Shown in pieces: positions 31,669-42,331 of a stretch of 64,000 nt of DNA. Position 1 is the stretch's first letter. Each line of letters opens with the position of its first letter. A program made the translations under genes and the position numbers. The notes beneath the pieces are model-generated. The model had not been told where the DNA came from. It searched no databases and saw only the letters and a list, made by a program, of their open reading frames with translations. The stretch spans positions 32,001 through 96,000 of IMG/VR virus record IMGVR_UViG_3300009130_001466; one strand, 5' to 3'. The DNA is from a virus.

Positions 31669-33093
31669 ATGAGCAGAAATAGAGTCATTTATCAATCAGA
31701 AGCCCTCTTCGCGAGTAAAGAGATCAACTCTACAAGCAAGCAGGACCACATGCAACTTCGCAGAGTTCAATCAGCGAATTATTCCTTTAACGTTTCTCGC
31801 ACTGACATCAATCAGTTCGGACAATTATCCAGAATCGATTCGTTGATCCTTGAAGCACCAACAGTATCTGCTGATGTTTCTTACTATCTCACGGATGGAT
31901 ACAACGAAGAAGCTTTGAATTTCTCGAACTCCAACCTTAATGTTGGTTTTGTTTCTGGACAAATCACTTCTTCCAGCGGTCAAAACCTTTATATTATGAC
32001 CAGCCCAGAGGGTAAAGACGCTAATTTTAGTGCTGGATCCTTTGGTTCTATCGGAATTGGTAACGCATTCGTTACGGATTATTCGCTTGAAGCTTCTGTT
32101 GGAGGGTTCCCTACAATCACAGTTTCTTTTGAGGGTTCTAATATCAATGCATCAACAGATGTAACTGGAACTGATGATGGATTTTCTGGCAACTTTACTG
32201 GTGCTGGTATCGATCCAATTTCAGGTACGCCAATCGCGAATCAAACTGCTGGCAACGGCATCGAAATTAGACCAGCAGACCCTGGCACTGACGAAGGAAC
32301 AGCTACAGCGCTGAGACCAGCAGATGTTATCTTTGATTTGTCTAATGCTAATAATGATACTATCGCAACGATCGATGGAACTGATGGCGCTCACGTTCAA
32401 AGTGTTTCTTTGAGTATCCCACTTAGCAGAAGCCCAATTGAAAGACTTGGTACTAGATTCCCATTTGCTAGAACCGTAGACTTCCCAATTACTCCAACTT
32501 TGTCTGTTTCCGCAATCGTCAATGAGACCGCGCAAAGATCTTTGACTGACATCATTGCAGAAGACAGCTTTATCCCTTCTGCACAGATTACAATCAAAGA
32601 CCCTGCTGGAGATAAATCTGCTATTTACAAACTCACAAATCTAAAGCTTGACTCTGAATCGTTTAGTTCTAGCGTAGGGCCTAACAAAACCGTAGACATG
32701 ACATTCAGTGTCTCTGTGGGTGGTCCAGACGACTTAGAAAACAACGTTTTCTTCTCTGGCAAGAATACCGATGAAAAATTTGCTCTTCAGCCTGTCGTGA
32801 TTAGTGATGGTGGCCTCACAGCAAGCGAAGCAGTTGTTATTAATGGAGTGAGCATCGCTTCTGGAGAATCTAAAACAGTTGGATATGTTCACGGGCAATC
32901 AAGTCGCACATTCGTTACTAGTTATACTGGTAGCGCAGACCTTGACTTAACCTCGATCGCTGGTGGAGCAATCACGGGCAATGCTGGAGCATTGGGTATC
33001 ACAGGCCTTAGTGGCCAAGCGACTTCTCTTGTGTTTTCTCCTGCTGACGCAAGTGCAAGCACTACAATCAGCGCCTCTGTAAGCTTGAGCTAA
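31669..33093 (+). CDS. Major tail (tube) protein
   Basis: MSRNRVIYQSEAL, RRVQSANYSF; high-expression codon style; followed by terminator. Confidence 0.75.
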   Translation: MSRNRVIYQSEALFASKEINSTSKQDHMQLRRVQSANYSFNVSRTDINQFGQLSRIDSLILEAPTVSADVSYYLTDGYNEEALNFSNSNLNVGFVSGQITSSSGQNLYIMTSPEGKDANFSAGSFGSIGIGNAFVTDYSLEASVGGFPTITVSFEGSNINASTDVTGTDDGFSGNFTGAGIDPISGTPIANQTAGNGIEIRPADPGTDEGTATALRPADVIFDLSNANNDTIATIDGTDGAHVQSVSLSIPLSRSPIERLGTRFPFARTVDFPITPTLSVSAIVNETAQRSLTDIIAEDSFIPSAQITIKDPAGDKSAIYKLTNLKLDSESFSSSVGPNKTVDMTFSVSVGGPDDLENNVFFSGKNTDEKFALQPVVISDGGLTASEAVVINGVSIASGESKTVGYVHGQSSRTFVTSYTGSADLDLTSIAGGAITGNAGALGITGLSGQATSLVFSPADASASTTISASVSLS

Positions 33094-33145
33094 TAAAACC
33101 TTAGGGTGGAGCTAACAGCTAAAAAGCCCTTCAACATTTAAAACT

Positions 33146-33174
33146 AACCCCGTCGAGTTCGACGGGGTTTTTTT
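33146..33174 (+). terminator. Intrinsic terminator
   Basis: AACCCCGTCGA/TCGACGGGGTT plus T-run. Confidence 0.8.
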
Positions 33175-33245
33175 ATGCCCATAAAAAAGCGCAACCCCCG
33201 CTATGCAGTGGTCACGCTATCAGAGACATGCTCTGGGGTAAATCA

Positions 33246-33707
33246 TTAAGCTTCGCCCGCTTGAGCGCTTGACTCAACTCCTCCTACTTGCCTTGGGCTA
33301 GCTTGGTAGCTATTATATCTAGAGACCAAATCCATAAGCTTCGCATTTGCGTCCTGAGCTAGGTTTTTATACACCTTGGACACTTCGTTCTTATTCACAA
33401 AAGTAATGGCGTTGTCGCCATCTCTAACGCTCAGAATGTTGCCATTTGTATCGTTGGCGATCCCACGAATCGTATTTCTTGTTTGCTTGGTATAATAATG
33501 GTACAAATACATCTCTTTTAAGATGCTTTGCTCTTCAAGATTTAATCCATCAACGCTGCCACTAACTCCAGAAAAACTGGTGTAGATTGTATTATTCAGT
33601 TGGCCAATATTGTTTTCAATCCACCCAGAAATAGATTCAACTGTCACTCCAGAAGAATCAAATTCATTAATGTAAATAGAGTTAGCTAAATCCCCAATAT
33701 TGCTCAT
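33246..33707 (-). CDS. Probable head completion/adaptor protein
   Basis: Downstream of capsid genes. Confidence 0.5.
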   Translation of the reverse strand: MSNIGDLANSIYINEFDSSGVTVESISGWIENNIGQLNNTIYTSFSGVSGSVDGLNLEEQSILKEMYLYHYYTKQTRNTIRGIANDTNGNILSVRDGDNAITFVNKNEVSKVYKNLAQDANAKLMDLVSRYNSYQASPRQVGGVESSAQAGEA

Positions 33708-33708
33708 A

Positions 33709-33966
33709 TTAATTTTTATCTAAAATATTTTTAATAACTTGAATCTTATTAAATTTCTCTACTAAAATATTTAATTCTTTACATATTGCCTCAAGCTGGT
33801 GCGGCTTTTTGTTCTTCAATTCTTCGTAAGAATACTTTGTTTTTTTGATGGATTTTTTGGTCGCTTTCTTGGCTGCTTTTTTCTTTGGAGCAGCGACTTC
33901 TTCAACTTCCTCTTTCCCGTTGGCGAGAGTCAGACCATCTAAAATATTTTCTGATTCGTTTTTCAT
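33709..33966 (-). CDS. Small Lys-rich protein with Rho-N/HeH-like C-terminus
   Basis: KKKAAKKATKK; EELKNKK..QLEAICKELNI. Confidence 0.55.
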   Translation of the reverse strand: MKNESENILDGLTLANGKEEVEEVAAPKKKAAKKATKKSIKKTKYSYEELKNKKPHQLEAICKELNILVEKFNKIQVIKNILDKN

Positions 33967-33987
33967 ACATTATATTACACTAAAAAA

Positions 33988-34650
33988 TTAACCTCTCTTA
34001 AGATATTCCTGCCTTAAGGCGGATATTAGTCTAGTCCTATCAAAACTAGGAGTAAAACCCAACTTCATTGCCATTTCTTGAAGTTCGGATAAGGTTTTTC
34101 TTTTAAGTTTTTGTTCAAAGTCTCGAACCGAATCGGACGCAAGCACCTTCGCTTTAGCCTCAGTCTTGCTCCCAGTCGAGCCCCAATTGCTCCCCCTCCA
34201 CTCGTGAAAAGCTTTAATTAGAGCTTCGTCCTGCATTTCTTCGTCCGCAAAAACCCTTGTTCCTGTTTTTTCTGCGAGTGTTGATTTTCTAACATGCCCC
34301 ATGGATTCTAGCTTTCTTTTAAAAACTTTGGGATTACTTGTACCAAATGGAGAAATGACATCTACACCCATTAACTTTTCTTTAGCTTCGATTGCGTCAA
34401 TTTCATCTCTTTGCTTACCATCTGCGTAGTTCAAGCTGTCTAAAGTCTTAGTCCCAACATCTTTCTGCATTTCCTCATTATTGGGTTCGTCGTTTTCAAC
34501 TGCGGTCGTAATATACCTCTCGTCTCTATTAATTGTTTCCTGGACTTTCTTCATGAACTGCTTCACCTCTTCTTCATTTGTTGGAATGGCTTCAGGCAAC
34601 TCTTCGTACTTGCCTCCCTCTTTATTGATTTTTTCTGATATATCATTCAT
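33988..34650 (-). CDS. Hypothetical protein (HeH/Rho-N-like C-terminus)
   Basis: True start ATG 34650; KTLSELQEMAMKLG. Confidence 0.6.
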   Translation of the reverse strand: MNDISEKINKEGGKYEELPEAIPTNEEEVKQFMKKVQETINRDERYITTAVENDEPNNEEMQKDVGTKTLDSLNYADGKQRDEIDAIEAKEKLMGVDVISPFGTSNPKVFKRKLESMGHVRKSTLAEKTGTRVFADEEMQDEALIKAFHEWRGSNWGSTGSKTEAKAKVLASDSVRDFEQKLKRKTLSELQEMAMKLGFTPSFDRTRLISALRQEYLKRG

Positions 34651-34685
34651 ATTAATATAATAAAACAAAAACCTGGATATTACAC

Positions 34686-34714
34686 AAAAAAAGCCGCCCC
34701 TTTCGGGACGGCTT
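34686..34714 (-). terminator. Terminator after major capsid gene
   Basis: AAGCCGTCCC-GAAA-GGGGCGGCTT plus T-run on minus strand. Confidence 0.8.
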
Positions 34715-34735
34715 AGTTTTAAGTGTTTTGTTCGA

Positions 34736-35827
34736 TTAAACGATGCAACCAACAAGAGCGCGGTCATCAAGAACGATACGACCCTCTTCAAGAGAACCGA
34801 AGTATCCGATCTTGCTTTGGCGAATGCTGTACTGGTCGTCAGCGATAAGGCTAAACTCACCACCGTTTTCAGCGTCAACAGCAACTGGACGAACCAATGC
34901 TTCGCGGCTACGATCGATACCAACAACAATCTGTTCACTAGCAGGAGTGAAAGAACCAGCGTAGCTGTTATCGAAAGTAGTGTTGAACTTCTGACCATCA
35001 CCGAACTCATTAAGTTCGATAACATTGATGCCGTAGAACTCAGGAGCGCCAGCAGCGTTATAAGCTTGTTCAGCGATAACGTCAGCAGTACGAACCGAAT
35101 CAGTACCAGCGCCAGCAGGAGCTACCTTGGTGTTGATTGGGTTATAAGCGATTGCGCGAAGCTCTTCAACGATTTCAGGAGAAACGATGATGTCTGTAAG
35201 GCCACGACCTTGACGAGCATCAGGAGTACCACCTGTGAACGAAGTGACGATTCTCTTTGAGCGAGTCATGAGAGCATTCAAGTCGGCAAGAGTAAAACGA
35301 TCCGCGGTGTCTGCACCAATAACGTGAGAAAGGCCGTTAGTAGAAGCAGAACCAAGTGCCTTCATAATAACGTTAGCAGAGATTGTATTTTGCTTAAGAA
35401 GAATTTCTTGTGCAACACGAGTCATTGTCTTAGCGACAACGTCCATGCGGCTCTTAGCAGCATAACGACGATCAAAGCTTACAGCCGAATCAAGGCTGTA
35501 TGTAGCGATCTTAAGCTCGGCAGATGTTGGAAGAACTTCCGAAGTTGGGAGGCCACCAGCACGGCTTTGGCTATAAACTTGTACGTAATCTTCATCAGAA
35601 ACGTCGAAGTATAGATCCAAAGGAATCGAAGGATTGTCATCAGCATTGTACTGAAGAGTGGTGAAGAGGTTAGACAAAGCAGGTGCATTGTTAATAACTT
35701 CAGCGAGGACAGGTCCGATGAACTCAGCAAGAGCAGTTTGAGCTTCGTAAGCAACATCACGGTTGCGAGAAGCCATTGCTTTTACCAGTTCGACTTGTTC
35801 GGGAGTATTTTTTAAAGTAATTTTCAT
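34736..35827 (-). CDS. Major capsid protein
   Basis: 363 aa after portal/protease/scaffold; strong codon bias; terminator follows. Confidence 0.8.
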   Translation of the reverse strand: MKITLKNTPEQVELVKAMASRNRDVAYEAQTALAEFIGPVLAEVINNAPALSNLFTTLQYNADDNPSIPLDLYFDVSDEDYVQVYSQSRAGGLPTSEVLPTSAELKIATYSLDSAVSFDRRYAAKSRMDVVAKTMTRVAQEILLKQNTISANVIMKALGSASTNGLSHVIGADTADRFTLADLNALMTRSKRIVTSFTGGTPDARQGRGLTDIIVSPEIVEELRAIAYNPINTKVAPAGAGTDSVRTADVIAEQAYNAAGAPEFYGINVIELNEFGDGQKFNTTFDNSYAGSFTPASEQIVVGIDRSREALVRPVAVDAENGGEFSLIADDQYSIRQSKIGYFGSLEEGRIVLDDRALVGCIV

Positions 35828-35847
35828 ATTATAAAGTTCCTTTCTTA

Positions 35848-36465
35848 TTAACCAAGTTTAACGATGACGTAGTCACCAGCGAACTGATCAGTAACAGTGT
35901 TAGAAGTACGCGAGCCAGTTCCAAGAACCATGCCAAGCGAATCGGCAGAACCTGCAGTAGCAGGACCAATTGTTCCGTCACCAGCAACTTCGAAACCGTC
36001 GCCAACTGTAAATACAGAAGCTGCGCCACCTTCGATAGCATTTGCACTCAAGGTAAAGATACCCTTAGTTGCAACTGGAACACTTTGACCAGGAAGAACA
36101 GCTTGAAGCTCTTCTTTCTTAGTTGTGTTATAAATAAGTTTTTCACCGTTCTCATCAGTTTGAGCTGTTTGATTCAGGGTCAATCCAAGAGGGATTTCAC
36201 CAGAAGCAGCAGCAGCAACTTCAAGAGGATTAGTGGGATACATGTCGCTACCGACGTGAGGGTAATCTGTCTTACCAAGATAGCTGTTAGAACCGTAAGT
36301 AATAACATCTTGGTCGAAGTTACCGTCAGTAACCTTTACGAAAACACCGTTTGAGCCCTTGCCGTCACCAGTGGTAGACGAAAGTACATCGGCGTTTTGC
36401 AGAGCGAAAATGTTAACAACATCTTGCTCGTCATACTGTCTGAATGGAAGTAATCTTAGTGCCAT
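35848..36465 (-). CDS. Capsid decoration/cement protein
   Basis: Between scaffold and MCP; VPVATKG..G.VLG pattern. Confidence 0.6.
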   Translation of the reverse strand: MALRLLPFRQYDEQDVVNIFALQNADVLSSTTGDGKGSNGVFVKVTDGNFDQDVITYGSNSYLGKTDYPHVGSDMYPTNPLEVAAAASGEIPLGLTLNQTAQTDENGEKLIYNTTKKEELQAVLPGQSVPVATKGIFTLSANAIEGGAASVFTVGDGFEVAGDGTIGPATAGSADSLGMVLGTGSRTSNTVTDQFAGDYVIVKLG

Positions 36466-36498
36466 AATTTTTTTTAGTTAAATTTAGTTTTTTTTATT

Positions 36499-38025
36499 TT
36501 ATCCAAGGATATTTTCGCGACTAAAAGCAGCAGCGAACTTATCCTTCAAAGTTTTTCCAGAAGCTTGGGCTTCGTTATTGTTGGGAATTTCTTCGTTGGT
36601 TTGCTCTGCATTTGCAAGAGCTTCTTCAACGTCGACTCCTTCTTCTGTTTCTTCTGCTTCTTCGGAAGCTTGAGAAGTAAGGCGTTTTTCGATTTCTGCA
36701 TCAACACGAGCTTTAACTTCTTCTTCGAATTTAGCTTTAGCTTCTTTATTTTTGGATGACCAAAAAACTTCAAGCTCGCTCTTAAACGAAGCGAAAGATT
36801 CTTCAGTGTCGTCAAGACCTTTAATCTTTTCGGCGATGAAAGCGCTGTCACTTTCTTCGAGGTCGTAAAGAGAATCGATTTCTTCCATGCGAGCGTTGAA
36901 ACGAGCGACTGCTTCTTCAGCAGTTTTTGCAGCTTCAAATTCAGCAATGCGTTGTTGAGCAGCCCCAAGCTCTTCCTTGATAGATTCTACGGAAGCTTGA
37001 AGCTCTTCTTTCGCAGAAGCGATTTCGGCCTTTTCTTGTTCCGCAGCCTCAAGAGAAGCCTTGTACTCATCATCTTTTTGTTTAATGGCGTCCGCAAAAG
37101 TTGCAGTCATTCCAGCGATGGCTTCTTCGGAGAATTTCTTCTCAGTAAGAGACGCCTTTATTTCTGATAGTAGAGTTTCTAAGTCCATGATTTTTGTATT
37201 GTTTACAGTATTTTTTAAATTTTGTGAAATTTTGTCAGATATTTTTTCTAAATGTGCTGATTGAGACTCATTAGATTCATCTGGAGTCTCTTCTCTTTCT
37301 TTGTACTCGTTGCTGATTACGCCTTTGACATTTGCAGCTGGCTTCATGGTGAAGCCAATGCCAAGCGGGTAAACGTTACCAGTAATCAATCGATAAACAG
37401 GTCGACCATCTTCAGTCGTTCCTTTGCCACCAAAAGCCCTCAACATTCCTTTCATTTCTGTGATTTGTTGTGGGTCAGAAATAATCTCTGCGTCTTTTAA
37501 ATTTTTGCTACCAACAGCGATCTTGTATTCGCTAAAACCAATTTCCCAACTTGCAGAAACAGTTTGGTGTGTTTTGCTTTTTGGATCAGTGCTTCTTCTT
37601 AAGGTTTCAAAAAACTCTTTATCTACAGTTTTGTAAACAACCGAACCCAAAGCAATATTAAAAGGGCTTTGTTCGTTTTCGTCTACATTAACCAAAATAG
37701 TGCTGTCAGAATAGTCACTAAATCCAGCATTTACAATATGTCCTACAATCTTTTTCTTATCGTGCTCTATATTTGTAGGTTTATGAACGAACTGCTGAAC
37801 AGAATCGATAGCAGTTTTTGTACTCATGCCATCTCCGTTTTTATTAAACTCATTGACGACTGCCGCATTAAAAGCCACACCCATCAAGTCAATATTTTTA
37901 TCTAAATCTACAGAGCTTGGAATTAGACTTCTTAAATTTTCTACGTTAGCTTTTGAAATATCAATACCGCCAATTTCCTGGCAGGCTGTAACCTCAAAAT
38001 CAAAGGTTGTTGTATACTTATGCAT
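36499..38025 (-). CDS. Prohead protease-scaffold fusion
   Basis: NKNGDG, PTNIEH, SASWE, PAA protease motifs, then an acidic coiled coil. Confidence 0.75.
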   Translation of the reverse strand: MHKYTTTFDFEVTACQEIGGIDISKANVENLRSLIPSSVDLDKNIDLMGVAFNAAVVNEFNKNGDGMSTKTAIDSVQQFVHKPTNIEHDKKKIVGHIVNAGFSDYSDSTILVNVDENEQSPFNIALGSVVYKTVDKEFFETLRRSTDPKSKTHQTVSASWEIGFSEYKIAVGSKNLKDAEIISDPQQITEMKGMLRAFGGKGTTEDGRPVYRLITGNVYPLGIGFTMKPAANVKGVISNEYKEREETPDESNESQSAHLEKISDKISQNLKNTVNNTKIMDLETLLSEIKASLTEKKFSEEAIAGMTATFADAIKQKDDEYKASLEAAEQEKAEIASAKEELQASVESIKEELGAAQQRIAEFEAAKTAEEAVARFNARMEEIDSLYDLEESDSAFIAEKIKGLDDTEESFASFKSELEVFWSSKNKEAKAKFEEEVKARVDAEIEKRLTSQASEEAEETEEGVDVEEALANAEQTNEEIPNNNEAQASGKTLKDKFAAAFSRENILG

Positions 38026-38491
38026 CTTTTTTAGGATTCTCATGGGTATATCCCATTTTTTTCATTTTGAGATGATCCTCATAAGTTTTCGCTTCATAGC
38101 TTTTGCCAGTTTTTGGATCATACATCATGTGTGGTTTGAAGTCTTTTTCTGCCGCTTCAGATTTAACATTCTTTCCTTCTTTTTTCATTTTTTCAAGGAT
38201 TGCTTTTTGCAAGGGCTTTGGAAGTTTCTTTTGGCTGTCTGTTAGTCCTGCTTCTCCCACCTCGTTCATCATAGCTCTCATCTTGTCATACTGCATTGAG
38301 CAGGCTGCGTATGTTTCTTTATCTCCCATTTCTGCTGTATCAATGAGAGCTTTATCATCCATAGCGCAAACACTCATGTATGATTTATACATAGCTTCCT
38401 CTATTTTACTATATTTTTTAGCAATCGAGATTTCTATATCTCCGTTAGAGCGATCTATATTCGCTACAAGTGGATTTTTAATTTCTTTCAT
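38018..38491 (-). CDS. Hypothetical protein
   Basis: 157-aa ORF, KPHMMYDPKTG motif. Confidence 0.6.
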   Translation of the reverse strand: MKEIKNPLVANIDRSNGDIEISIAKKYSKIEEAMYKSYMSVCAMDDKALIDTAEMGDKETYAACSMQYDKMRAMMNEVGEAGLTDSQKKLPKPLQKAILEKMKKEGKNVKSEAAEKDFKPHMMYDPKTGKSYEAKTYEDHLKMKKMGYTHENPKKDA

Positions 38492-40430
38492 TTGAGTGGT
38501 ATAAAATTGCTGATGGATAAAATTCTAATTTATGTGCATTTGAAACCTCAAAAACACCATCAAGCGTTCCTAATTTTTCAATCTCGGCAAAATTATTTAC
38601 ACAAGAAATCATAACTTCTTGCCAATTTTCTTTTTCCGAAGAGGAAACAACAGATTCGCAGAGCTTGCTTAACATTTTGCTCTGATCTTCATTTAAGGAT
38701 TCTACCCCAAGTTTTTCTAACATTTTTTCTTTTGCAATAGAATTCAATGCTTCGATTTCATAAATAGTTCCCTGAATACTTTCCCTAGAAAACTTATCCC
38801 CAGAACCTTCTGGGCGGCCAGGCATCGCCTTTGTTGGTTTTTCTCCTGACTGTTCTCCTTCTTCGGGTTCTATCATTGGCACACCACCAACAACTGGATT
38901 AAAATACCCCTTTTCTCTTTGTTCTACGAATTTTTCTTGAGCGCTCTCCAACTCTTCAGCGAGAGGAAATCTGCCAGTATGAAAAAGCGTCATACCTTGT
39001 TCTGCCGTCACAATACCAAGTTCCATAAGCCTGGTGGCTATGCGCATAAGTTGTGTTTCATCGCGGAGATCGATGTCCTTAAATTTAACAGTTGGGTATT
39101 GTCTGAATCCCAAATCTTTTGCAATACGACGAATTTCTGGTTGAAGAAAGTCATGAATAAAAGCTTCGCGAGCTTCTTTAAGTCTATCAAGAAAAACGCG
39201 AGCCTTAATTTGGGCGCCACTATACTTATCTTCATTAAGAATAATATTTTGTAAACCTTCTTTAATATCTTTATTGATTACTTCGTATTTTCCTGGACCA
39301 ACAACCTTGTTGATGTCTGGTATAATGAAATCCGCCTTAGTTGTATAGTCTGACACGAGAACGCGTCCAACAGATTCATTCTGAAAGAGCGTTTGCATAG
39401 CCTTAACATTATTTGCATTGATGCCTCCTTTATCTGGCTCCGCCCCCATGGTGATCATAAGAATTACATTTTCGACGGTTCTCATGATTGCTTGATCCAT
39501 TTTTTTCATTTCCATTTTTGCATTAATGTCCTCAAGAACAGGATAACCAAAAGGAATGGCAAATGGTTCATAATCTTGCTTTTTGTAGAAGCTGTATGCA
39601 AGCCTATTATTCTCTAGATTAATCTGAAGTCCGTCCTTAAAATATGATCCATCTTTAATGGCTTTCTGATCTTCTGGGTCTAGCGCCTCAAAAACTGCTT
39701 TATCGTAATCATTTTTAGGATTGGCGAGCCTTTCCATATCAAACTCGGAAAGAATTTTTGCGTAAGCTCCATCTTTTGTATTAAATACAGCACTACGCTT
39801 TGCCACAATCTCAAAGGGATTTAAAACAATGTATTTTAGCGGGAATTTATTTTCTTTGGGTGAACCCTCTACAATTTTAGAAAATTTCTTAAAATCATTA
39901 AGGTCAAATTTGCCATCTAATCTATAAAGAAAAATATTTCCACTTCTATAGTATTCTCTAAAATACTGATCCTTTAAATCCCACAGCTTTATTCTGTCGA
40001 AAAGTTTCATGAAGAAGTCCCTAGATGTCGCATTTCCGCCCTCAAGATAAACTTCAGCATTTGCAAATTCTGACATCATATCAATTGTATTTCTAAAAAT
40101 AGGAACATTAGCGTAAGCTTTTTGGCAAAGTTCAATTGCTTCTCTTACATTGATTCCATCAGACGATATCTCGTAAGGTAAAAGTCCAGCACGAATTTGA
40201 CTAAATTTATTAAGCGGGGCCGTAACAGAAGATCTATTTATTCTTGTGCTGGTATTAGACGATGAGAGGTTACTCACAGAACCAGACCGACTGTACGACC
40301 CCAGGGAAGTATGATAAGATTCGCCAGCAGTTGCTGGCTCAACAGCCTCTTGCGCTTGCGATACTTGCGGGGCAGCTTTTTGAAATTTATTCCAATAATC
40401 CGATTTTTTATTGTATTTTCTTTTGGACAT
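38478..40430 (-). CDS. Portal protein
   Basis: 650 aa directly after terminase; FREYYRSGN.F.YR. Confidence 0.75.
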   Translation of the reverse strand: MSKRKYNKKSDYWNKFQKAAPQVSQAQEAVEPATAGESYHTSLGSYSRSGSVSNLSSSNTSTRINRSSVTAPLNKFSQIRAGLLPYEISSDGINVREAIELCQKAYANVPIFRNTIDMMSEFANAEVYLEGGNATSRDFFMKLFDRIKLWDLKDQYFREYYRSGNIFLYRLDGKFDLNDFKKFSKIVEGSPKENKFPLKYIVLNPFEIVAKRSAVFNTKDGAYAKILSEFDMERLANPKNDYDKAVFEALDPEDQKAIKDGSYFKDGLQINLENNRLAYSFYKKQDYEPFAIPFGYPVLEDINAKMEMKKMDQAIMRTVENVILMITMGAEPDKGGINANNVKAMQTLFQNESVGRVLVSDYTTKADFIIPDINKVVGPGKYEVINKDIKEGLQNIILNEDKYSGAQIKARVFLDRLKEAREAFIHDFLQPEIRRIAKDLGFRQYPTVKFKDIDLRDETQLMRIATRLMELGIVTAEQGMTLFHTGRFPLAEELESAQEKFVEQREKGYFNPVVGGVPMIEPEEGEQSGEKPTKAMPGRPEGSGDKFSRESIQGTIYEIEALNSIAKEKMLEKLGVESLNEDQSKMLSKLCESVVSSSEKENWQEVMISCVNNFAEIEKLGTLDGVFEVSNAHKLEFYPSAILYHSNERN

Positions 40431-40480
40431 AACTTATTATAAAGTTGTTTACACTTTTTAAAAGTTACTTTTAAACTTTT

Positions 40481-42331
40481 TTAAATAAACATTGGAGTAA
40501 AACCCGAATGAGATTCTTCTGGTATATTGATCATATCGTAATAAATATTCATTCCCCAATTCCCCAAAACCAAAGCAGAGTAAGAGTCTTTTCTTGGTCT
40601 ATCTACACCCTTTTGCCTTTTAAGGTTACTTGGTAGGTCAAAGCTCTGAGTGCCTCCAGCCGAGCTAGTTACTTGGATTAAAGCGCATTCTGCTTTTGTT
40701 AAATCAATCATATCTTTCTGGTGCTCGATAAATTCAATCATTTTTGCGCCGTTATTTTTTTCGTCTTCATATTTAGAAAACTTTAATTCCTTTATTGGTA
40801 TTTTTTTAGCTTTTTGTATAGAATAATTGTCGTCCATAGCTGTTGCTGCAAAGTACAATTTCTTTCTATCGAAAGCTGTTTGTAACATTTCGTTACCATT
40901 TCTAATCCAAACCGATGTTGGTTTTCTTAAATAACAGATGGTTTTATTAGAAACATTATAGCTTCTTCTAGCTTCTTTGAGATCTTTAATGTAATCGTGA
41001 GGGTTGTCCAATCCTGCATCAAATACACCTATCTCCAGCTTGTCTCTTTTAAATAAATCACTCTCGTTGCATGAATTTATAAACTGGACACCGCCATTAT
41101 AGTCTCCCACGATCATAATAACATTAAAATGATCCATAAGATACTTAAAATAAGTCATGTGTTTCTTTAAGTTTGTCCCAGGCAGAGCATAACTATGTAC
41201 AATAACACCTTTCTTTTCTTCTGGTATTAACTTTATTAATTGTATAGCAAAATCATCAGAAGCTTCAGATTCAGACCACGATGGGTCAAAGGCTAGTATA
41301 TATTCCGAACCCTCTTCTCCAGCAACCTCAACCGCTGGAGATTCGCCATCCTCGATTGTGCATTCAGCCATCTTGCTAATCTTAAAATAACCAGCACTGT
41401 CATCGGTAAATTGAGCATTAAACTCTCTATCGATTTGAGACTGGCTCATAGTACCTCTTGCTTGAGAAATCAAATTTTCATCATATAAGGCTTTGGGCGC
41501 ACAATCATAACTAAACTGCATTATGCATCTCCTGCCTTCGTTTTTTGCTCCAGGATTAAAGACCATATTTTCGTATGCTTGATACATTTTGTATAGGTAT
41601 TCAAATTTATATGAAGCAGAAGATAAGCCAATCATTTTATTTGAAGGCCACTCTGTTCTTTCTTCTTCTGTCATTTTGCCAGCCTCAATCATGGCGTCTT
41701 CGGCGTCTTTAATTTTTTGCCTTTCCGTTGGGTTTTCAACAACGGCAAGGAACGGCATAATAACTTCGTTTAAAACCTTTTCTGGCATAAGTAGAAGCTC
41801 ATCAATAATGATTCGTTGAAAACGAAAACCACGAAGTTTTTCACCGTCACCAAGAGGTAAAGCAGTAATACGACTCTTGCCAATCTGCATAGACCATTCA
41901 TCGTTAGACTTACTTACCTTGCCTATACATTGTTTAAACAGCTCAGCTTTAGCGTCTTGCGATATATCTTCTATCTTACGGAAGATCATTTTAGACTGCC
42001 TAAATGATTTTGAAATGATCCCAATATGAACGCCTTGGTTCATCATTGCGTCCAGCAATGCGAAAATACCAGTCGAGAATGATTTCGACATACCACGAGA
42101 CCAGATGCCCAAAAAGTAATCATTCTCCATCATAGCTTTTACCGCCATGTGCTGAAACGGAAATAACTCTATACCAGTGAGCAATTCTGTCGTGAAGGTC
42201 ACATTTTCTTTGAGGAATTTATACAACCAGATTTTTGCTTGCGTATCCTCTAGATAACCCTCAAGATCCATAACTTGTTGATTGATCGGTTCTTTTTTTA
42301 AGCGTTTTTGATTCCCTATGTCCCAACTCAT
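40481..42331 (-). CDS. terL: Terminase large subunit
   Basis: LFPFQ, SRGMSKS Walker A, LRGFR..IIIDE Walker B, LAFDPS and RKDSYSAL nuclease motifs. Confidence 0.9.
   Translation of the reverse strand: MSWDIGNQKRLKKEPINQQVMDLEGYLEDTQAKIWLYKFLKENVTFTTELLTGIELFPFQHMAVKAMMENDYFLGIWSRGMSKSFSTGIFALLDAMMNQGVHIGIISKSFRQSKMIFRKIEDISQDAKAELFKQCIGKVSKSNDEWSMQIGKSRITALPLGDGEKLRGFRFQRIIIDELLLMPEKVLNEVIMPFLAVVENPTERQKIKDAEDAMIEAGKMTEEERTEWPSNKMIGLSSASYKFEYLYKMYQAYENMVFNPGAKNEGRRCIMQFSYDCAPKALYDENLISQARGTMSQSQIDREFNAQFTDDSAGYFKISKMAECTIEDGESPAVEVAGEEGSEYILAFDPSWSESEASDDFAIQLIKLIPEEKKGVIVHSYALPGTNLKKHMTYFKYLMDHFNVIMIVGDYNGGVQFINSCNESDLFKRDKLEIGVFDAGLDNPHDYIKDLKEARRSYNVSNKTICYLRKPTSVWIRNGNEMLQTAFDRKKLYFAATAMDDNYSIQKAKKIPIKELKFSKYEDEKNNGAKMIEFIEHQKDMIDLTKAECALIQVTSSAGGTQSFDLPSNLKRQKGVDRPRKDSYSALVLGNWGMNIYYDMINIPEESHSGFTPMFI

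Noticed and set aside
34651-35025. N-terminal extension of ORF 33988-35025
   Set aside because: Overlaps the capsid gene and its terminator; the real start is ATG 34650.
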